From: a virus
Length of the DNA: 64,000 nucleotides
Direction: 5' to 3' (one strand)
IMG/VR virus record: IMGVR_UViG_3300022555_000027
Location: 1-64,000 of that record
In this document: one piece after another, positions 59,610 to 64,000 of the stretch
Position numbering within the stretch: position 1 is the stretch's first letter
How the letters are laid out: the number at the start of each line of letters is the position of its first letter
Notes under the pieces: model-generated
What the model saw: only the letters and a program-made list of their open reading frames with translations
The model's database searches: none
What the model was told of the DNA's origin: nothing
Made by a program: the position numbers and the translations under genes

Positions 59610-59822
59610 TCACCCGGTAGCAACCGACCGTAAAACCACCTTGCCTTCAATTTCGATCTCGAAGTCGCCGATCTCACGTTGGCCCATCGCCTGCCATGTA
59701 AGCCCCGAAATGATGGCGGCTTCCGAAGCGTTTCCAAAGTTGCCCTCGAAAGCGATCTCGCCAAACTCGATGGCCTTTTCGTCTGTGCGCCGTACCAGTG
59801 CGCGCTTCACCGGCGCTGTCAT
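59610..59822 (-). CDS. hypothetical protein
   Basis: RBS GGAGGA. Confidence 0.55.
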   Translation of the reverse strand: MTAPVKRALVRRTDEKAIEFGEIAFEGNFGNASEAAIISGLTWQAMGQREIGDFEIEIEGKVVLRSVATG

Positions 59823-59831
59823 GTCATCCTC

Positions 59832-60317
59832 CTAACATTCCCATCCAAGTTCCCAGTCCCAATCCTCTTCAACGACCCTTGCCGCCTTGACCGGTAGTTT
59901 TCCCGTCATGGCAACGTCGATCATACCAAGAGGCAGCCCGCAGTCCTTATAGCCACTTCGGATGTGGTTCAGGTAGCTTTCACGGGGCCGACCATCTGTC
60001 TTGGCCGTCATCATATACGTAATCACCGTGGCCTCGTAGCCCTCCCAGTCAATAACCCGAACCGTTGCCCTCCGGTATACCTCAGGGGTGCCTTCAAAGC
60101 GGTCAAGTGCTATTCCGTCAAGTTCCGCCATGTCAAACACAGCCCCGACCACCACCCCGTGTGGGGCTTTCACGATCGTTGCCTTTGCGTCCTTTGGTCT
60201 GCCCCTAAAGACCAAGGTGTAACCGTGTAGCGTAGCGGTGCCGATGTACCGAGACGATGGGCAACGCTTGTATAAACGGTCGATGCTTAGATTGCTCCCA
60301 TATGCGAAATAGAGCAT
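59832..60317 (-). CDS. gamma-glutamylcyclotransferase (GGCT/AIG2-like) family protein
   Basis: 'YFAYGSNL', 'L.GY.L.F', 'ATI', 'LDRFEG....Y.R', 'P...YL..I..GY'. Confidence 0.88.
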   Translation of the reverse strand: MLYFAYGSNLSIDRLYKRCPSSRYIGTATLHGYTLVFRGRPKDAKATIVKAPHGVVVGAVFDMAELDGIALDRFEGTPEVYRRATVRVIDWEGYEATVITYMMTAKTDGRPRESYLNHIRSGYKDCGLPLGMIDVAMTGKLPVKAARVVEEDWDWELGWEC

Positions 60318-60809
60318 GGCGCCTCCTGTCTGGTGAAACCGGTTTCACTTGGATCACCAAAGCGGGGGGCCGAAGCCCCCCAATAGGTCACGCCGTAGCC
60401 CGTTTGCCCTGGATGCGGGCCGTTCCCTTAGCAAAGCTTGCAACCAACCTCATCTGGCCAGCAGCCGGCCAGCTATCCCAAACACAACTCTTGTACCGGA
60501 AGTCGTCGGTAGCAAGAAACATCGCGATCTTGTTGGAAAGGGCTTCAAGGGCCTTGGTCAAAGGCTTGTCTTCAATGCCCTCCTCACACATCTGGTAGTG
60601 GAGGCATTGGATGCTCTTGAGCGCCTGATAATGATCGATCAGTGCCCAGGCCATCGGCCGGTAGTGAAAGATCGGGACCTCAAAGTCCTTGACCCCGTAA
60701 CGCCCGTTGACCGCCATTGCATTGAGCCGGTACAGCTTCCGACCCAGGTCATCCAGGTTATCACTGGTGACGGTGCTCACACCCCCGAAGGTGGTGGCCA
60801 GTTCCTTAT

Positions 60810-62118
60810 CCGAATCTCGCGCGAAAAACCCGGCCCTTCAGGGCGGGGATGGATAGCACGTTCGGCAACGCCGAAAACGCTTGACAGTTAGACGCAGGCG
60901 TCATATATCTAAGCCATGTTGAGAGCCACCCGTATCCGCATCTACCCGACCGACAAGCAAGCCAAAAACTTGGCCGTCCAGTTCGGGTGTGCGAGGTGGG
61001 CATGGAACAACGCACTTGCCGAGACCGGGGAACTCTACCGCGCCACTGGCAAGGGTCTTAACTATCACGCGATGGCAATCCGACTGCCGAAGCTTAAGCA
61101 AGAGTTTGAATGGCTTAAGGATGCTGACTCACAGGCGTTGCAGCAATCATTGCAAAACCTAGCCCGTGCGTTCGATAACTTCTTTGCCAAGCGTGGCCGT
61201 TATCCTCGGTTAAAGTCCAAACATGGGCGCCAGTCAATCCAGTATCCGCAGCGTGTCAAGATTAACGGGTCGCGTATCTATCTGCCGAAGGTCGGATGGG
61301 TCAAGTGTGTTGTTCATCGTCACATCTCTAGTAAGTTCAAGACTGTAACTGTGAGCCGTAACGCTTGCGGACAGTTCTACGCCTCAATCCTGACCGATGA
61401 CGGCGAAGATATGCCGACTGTCGTGACAGAGGGTAAAGCTATCGGTATCGACGCTGGTCTAACGCACCTTGCTGTGACCAGTGACGGATCGAAGTACGAG
61501 AACCCCCGCCATATCAGGAAATCCGCAAGGAACCTGAAGCGTAAGCAGCAAGCCCTTAGTCGGAAGAAAAAAGGATCGAAGGGCCGGGATAAAGCTCGGC
61601 AGAAAGTAGCACGCGTACATGAGAGGGTGGCGTGCGCTCGGAAAGACTACCTTCATAAGCTGTCTCGACGGATCGTGAACGAAAACCAAGCAATCGCCGT
61701 CGAAGACTTGAATGTGAAGGGAATGATGAAAAACCACTGCTTGGCGAAAGCTATCAGCGACGTGGGATGGAATATGCTAGTGAACTTCCTGGAATACAAA
61801 GCGGCGCGTGCTGGCAAGGCGTTTGTCAAGTGTGGTCGCTGGTATCCGAGTTCTAAGGCTTGCTCAGAGTGTGGTTCTATTTGCGACAAGATGCCGTTAG
61901 ATGTTCGATCATGGACTTGCGCCCATTGTGGCGCGCACCATGATCGAGACATTAACGCGGCTCGAAATATCCGTGACGAAGGTCTACGGATATTGGCCGG
62001 AGGGACTCCGGCTACTGCTAGTGGAGGGGACGTTAGTCGCCAGAGAAGCCGCAAGACTTCTGGACGCGCGGTCCCCAGTGAAGCTAGAAGCTTGGCCCTT
62101 TAGGGCCGAGTAGTTCAC
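60810..62118 (+). mobile_element. non-autonomous IS200/IS605-family (IS1341-like) element
   Basis: Inserted 3' of TTAT with no target duplication; LE hairpin 60829-60848 with guide AAAA; RE hairpin 62091-62110 with guide GAAG and end TCAC; no tnpA. Confidence 0.9.
60916..62103 (+). CDS. tnpB: RNA-guided endonuclease TnpB
   Basis: N-terminal HTH 'RIYPT..Q...L...FG..R..WN'; RuvC-I 'GIDAG', RuvC-II 'VEDL', Zn finger CSEC/CAHC, RuvC-III 'DRDINAA'. Confidence 0.95.
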   Translation: MLRATRIRIYPTDKQAKNLAVQFGCARWAWNNALAETGELYRATGKGLNYHAMAIRLPKLKQEFEWLKDADSQALQQSLQNLARAFDNFFAKRGRYPRLKSKHGRQSIQYPQRVKINGSRIYLPKVGWVKCVVHRHISSKFKTVTVSRNACGQFYASILTDDGEDMPTVVTEGKAIGIDAGLTHLAVTSDGSKYENPRHIRKSARNLKRKQQALSRKKKGSKGRDKARQKVARVHERVACARKDYLHKLSRRIVNENQAIAVEDLNVKGMMKNHCLAKAISDVGWNMLVNFLEYKAARAGKAFVKCGRWYPSSKACSECGSICDKMPLDVRSWTCAHCGAHHDRDINAARNIRDEGLRILAGGTPATASGGDVSRQRSRKTSGRAVPSEARSLAL

Positions 62119-62138
62119 AGTGTTCGATGCTGTTTACT
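61950..62138 (+). ncRNA. predicted omega/reRNA of TnpB with guide AGTGTTCGATGCTGTTTACT
   Basis: By family knowledge the reRNA overlaps the tnpB 3' end and RE, and the guide is the right flank (from 62119); 5' boundary is a guess. Confidence 0.55.
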
Positions 62139-62271
62139 ACGACCTGCATAGTCTCAAGAGACACAACGAAAGCAGACATAACGCCCTCCTTGGTTGGTAT
62201 GATGTCTGGAATTCGGACGGCTTTATGGAGATAAGCCGCTTTTAAAGTCAAGGGGGAAAGGCGCGAGCCCT

Positions 62272-62299
62272 AAAAATCCCGCCGGTTTACCGGCGGGAT
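62272..62299 (-). terminator. Rho-independent terminator
   Basis: ATCCCGCCGG-TAAA-CCGGCGGGAT followed by a T run on the - strand, after ORF 62609-62307. Confidence 0.65.
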
Positions 62300-62306
62300 G
62301 GAGTGT

Positions 62307-62609
62307 TCATACACGCCGAAGGGCCTCCGCAAGCATTCGCTTACGCCGTTCGATGATCGCATCCTCACTTTCAACCGAGCTTTCGACCTTGACCCAAACC
62401 ATATCGCCGTTGGGAAGCCCGCCGGCCAAATATTCGCCCTCCCATCCCAGCTTGGTGCAAAGCTGTTGCATCGCACGCCGATACCGGTCTTGATCATTAT
62501 GTTCATCGCCGAACGGAACGATGATCCGGTTACGACCAGCCGTCACTGAAATGCGGGTCGGTCGTTGCGCGCTTCCACCCACGAACCGGGTAAAGATTGC
62601 CTGTGCCAT
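62307..62609 (-). CDS. hypothetical protein
   Basis: RBS AAGGAGG; 'QAI.T..........RI' N-terminus. Confidence 0.65.
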   Translation of the reverse strand: MAQAIFTRFVGGSAQRPTRISVTAGRNRIIVPFGDEHNDQDRYRRAMQQLCTKLGWEGEYLAGGLPNGDMVWVKVESSVESEDAIIERRKRMLAEALRRV

Positions 62610-62695
62610 GTTGGCCTCCTTCGTTGAAACTGGTTTCAAAATTGCCAAACAGGGCAGGGCAAGCCCCACCCTAATTTCTCGCCGTATTATACCCA

Positions 62696-62953
62696 CTATG
62701 GAGTGGCAATTTTGATGTCCAAGGTTTCCCGAAGGCAATCCATCCATACGTACAGGGCATTCTTGTTTTCGATGGTGTCTTCAATCTCCAAGTTCATCTC
62801 CAAAACCTGCTCGACCAGATCGGCGTTCGTCATCTCGAACATATCCGATGCTGAATTGCCGGTCGCATCGACATAGCTGTCGGCCAACTCACGGCATACC
62901 GCCCGCGCCCAATGATCGATGGTCGGGAACGTCTCGCCTTTGAACGTCTTCAT
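62696..62953 (-). CDS. hypothetical protein
   Basis: RBS AGGAGG. Confidence 0.6.
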   Translation of the reverse strand: MKTFKGETFPTIDHWARAVCRELADSYVDATGNSASDMFEMTNADLVEQVLEMNLEIEDTIENKNALYVWMDCLRETLDIKIATP

Positions 62954-62962
62954 GACGTCCTC

Positions 62963-63205
62963 CTATTGGCGATATGACCGGAAACACGGCAGTCCACAAA
63001 ACTCACCCTTGAACCAAGACCTCTGGGGACCTCGGTAACTGTCACGCTCGGTGCCGTATATGAAGAGCGAAGCAACACGCCGACCGCCCGCCTTCAATTT
63101 CACGGTACGATGCTGGCCACACCAGTCGCACTTTCCATCTGACCCTGTGTCACGGCAAAGCCCCTCGCGCGCAAAGGCGTCGATGCTCAAAGTCATCATA
63201 CCCAT
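62963..63205 (-). CDS. small Cys-rich (CxxC...CxxxC) protein
   Basis: RBS GGGAG; 'CDWCG', 'FCGLPC'. Confidence 0.6.
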   Translation of the reverse strand: MGMMTLSIDAFAREGLCRDTGSDGKCDWCGQHRTVKLKAGGRRVASLFIYGTERDSYRGPQRSWFKGEFCGLPCFRSYRQ

Positions 63206-63258
63206 CGTCGTCTCCCTTGTTATGAACAAACAGGGGGGCGTTGCCACCCCCTAAATGC

Positions 63259-63702
63259 TTAGGCTACCGGTTGGCCGTCACTGTAAAGGCCGTCCTCTTG
63301 GTCGTCGTCTTCACCCCAAATCAGTGGCAAGGCATCTTCAAGGCCGCGTGAGACGAACGCCGATGCGGGTGCTTCCCAGGTCAGATTGCTTGCCCAGGCT
63401 TCGATCATACGGTCAACGACCGCCGCGTAAAAGTTGCTGTCAAGGCTTTCTTGGTTGTCCAGCACCTCAGCGTAACCGGGCAACAAGCGCACCGCCGCAA
63501 TGAACACGGTGCGGGCCTCGCGGGTGGTTACGGCACCGCCGTTCAAGCGCAACACCCGTGACAACATGGCCGGGACGGCATTGAGTGAAAGAACACGAGC
63601 CAGGGCCTTGGCAGTTTGGCCACCACCCCGAACATAGAAGGTGGTCGGCAGTCCGGTAAGGCTGTCGTTCTGGTCGATGCGGAACAATTTGGATGCGGTC
63701 AT
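63259..63702 (-). CDS. hypothetical protein
   Basis: RBS GAGGA. Confidence 0.6.
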   Translation of the reverse strand: MTASKLFRIDQNDSLTGLPTTFYVRGGGQTAKALARVLSLNAVPAMLSRVLRLNGGAVTTREARTVFIAAVRLLPGYAEVLDNQESLDSNFYAAVVDRMIEAWASNLTWEAPASAFVSRGLEDALPLIWGEDDDQEDGLYSDGQPVA

Positions 63703-64000
63703 GATACTGTCCTCGTTGAAGGGTCAACCCCATGATTGAAATTGACAAAGGGCACCCCACGCCGTGCCTTTGAACAGGTCACGGTCCCTGTCAAAACAAC
63801 AGGGTGGGAAGCCTTAAATTTCCCGCCGAATTACCGTCTATTTGGAGTATGGAAAACGAAAACGAGGCCGAACCCCCCAGTGGCCGATGGGACACACCCC
63901 CACCCCCCGGTCGATCCCGGCCTCGAACAGGGCCGGTTTCCACCGCTTTCGGTGGGACGATGGCCTCGGTTTGCATCGTGTGACGACCCGACACCTTCTG

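Larger units (their letters stand above)
60388..62179 (-). pseudogene. 160-aa hypothetical gene (MSAFVVS...) interrupted by the tnpB IS
   Basis: Segments 62179-62119 and 60809-60388 join in frame (..GAA CAC TAT AAG GAA..); RBS AGGAGG near 62185-62190. Confidence 0.85.
1123..62638. repeat. dispersed 14-bp palindrome TGAAAC-(CG/CA/TG)-GTTTCA
   Basis: Exact copies start at 2519, 10574, 20234, 22616, 26075, 32076, 36066, 40943, 47301, 55319, 57048, 60334, 62625. One mismatch: 1123, 28114, 34207, 42991, 45902, 48637, 53373. Two mismatches: 16777, 38846, 54349. Confidence 0.95.

Noticed and set aside
62272-62301. Second IS605 left end
   Set aside because: It resembles the LE (AAAAA..CCCG..GGGATGG), but no matching target tetranucleotide or right end was found. 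It is explained as a - strand terminator.
1123-62638. Canonical parS sites
   Set aside because: Half-sites are in the opposite order to TGTTTCACGTGAAACA and no full parS was seen.
63700-64000. tRNA/ncRNA or packaging site in the terminal non-coding stretch
   Set aside because: Several short inverted repeats (e.g. CGAGGCCG/CGGCCTCG) but no cloverleaf or recognisable motif, and the region is cut by the window edge.

Overview
A 64-kb segment of a large tailed dsDNA phage or prophage. It is probably a siphovirus of an alphaproteobacterial host, judged from the RcGTA-type tail tip genes and CTTGAC-N17-CTATAT-like promoters. The + strand runs: neck/tail genes (1-19.4 kb); a lysis cassette led by a membrane-anchored FixL-like PAS protein (19.4-22.5 kb); a Ycf46-like AAA+/DUF1257/DUF2997 module (22.7-26.1 kb); replication/recombination genes (26.3-41 kb: initiator-like, loader-like, DnaB, UDG-PolA fusion, primase, SSB, SF2 helicase, RecA, nucleases, RuvC); then intein-containing class II RNR, PhoH, ParB-MTase and intein-containing terminase (42.8-52.9 kb). 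A - strand accessory cluster (53.8-63.7 kb) holds a serine recombinase, an SNF2 helicase, a GGCT-fold gene and a tnpB-only IS200/IS605 element. Three signals stand out. (1) A 14-bp palindrome TGAAAC-NN-GTTTCA occurs in at least 20 exact or one-mismatch copies, mostly every 1-4 kb and usually at gene junctions. (2) A putative heme/O2-sensing PAS protein heads the lysis module. (3) A tandem pair of fused IS605 left/right-end hairpins lies 1.2 kb from the tnpB element. All family assignments come from motif recognition by eye; no database searches were run.
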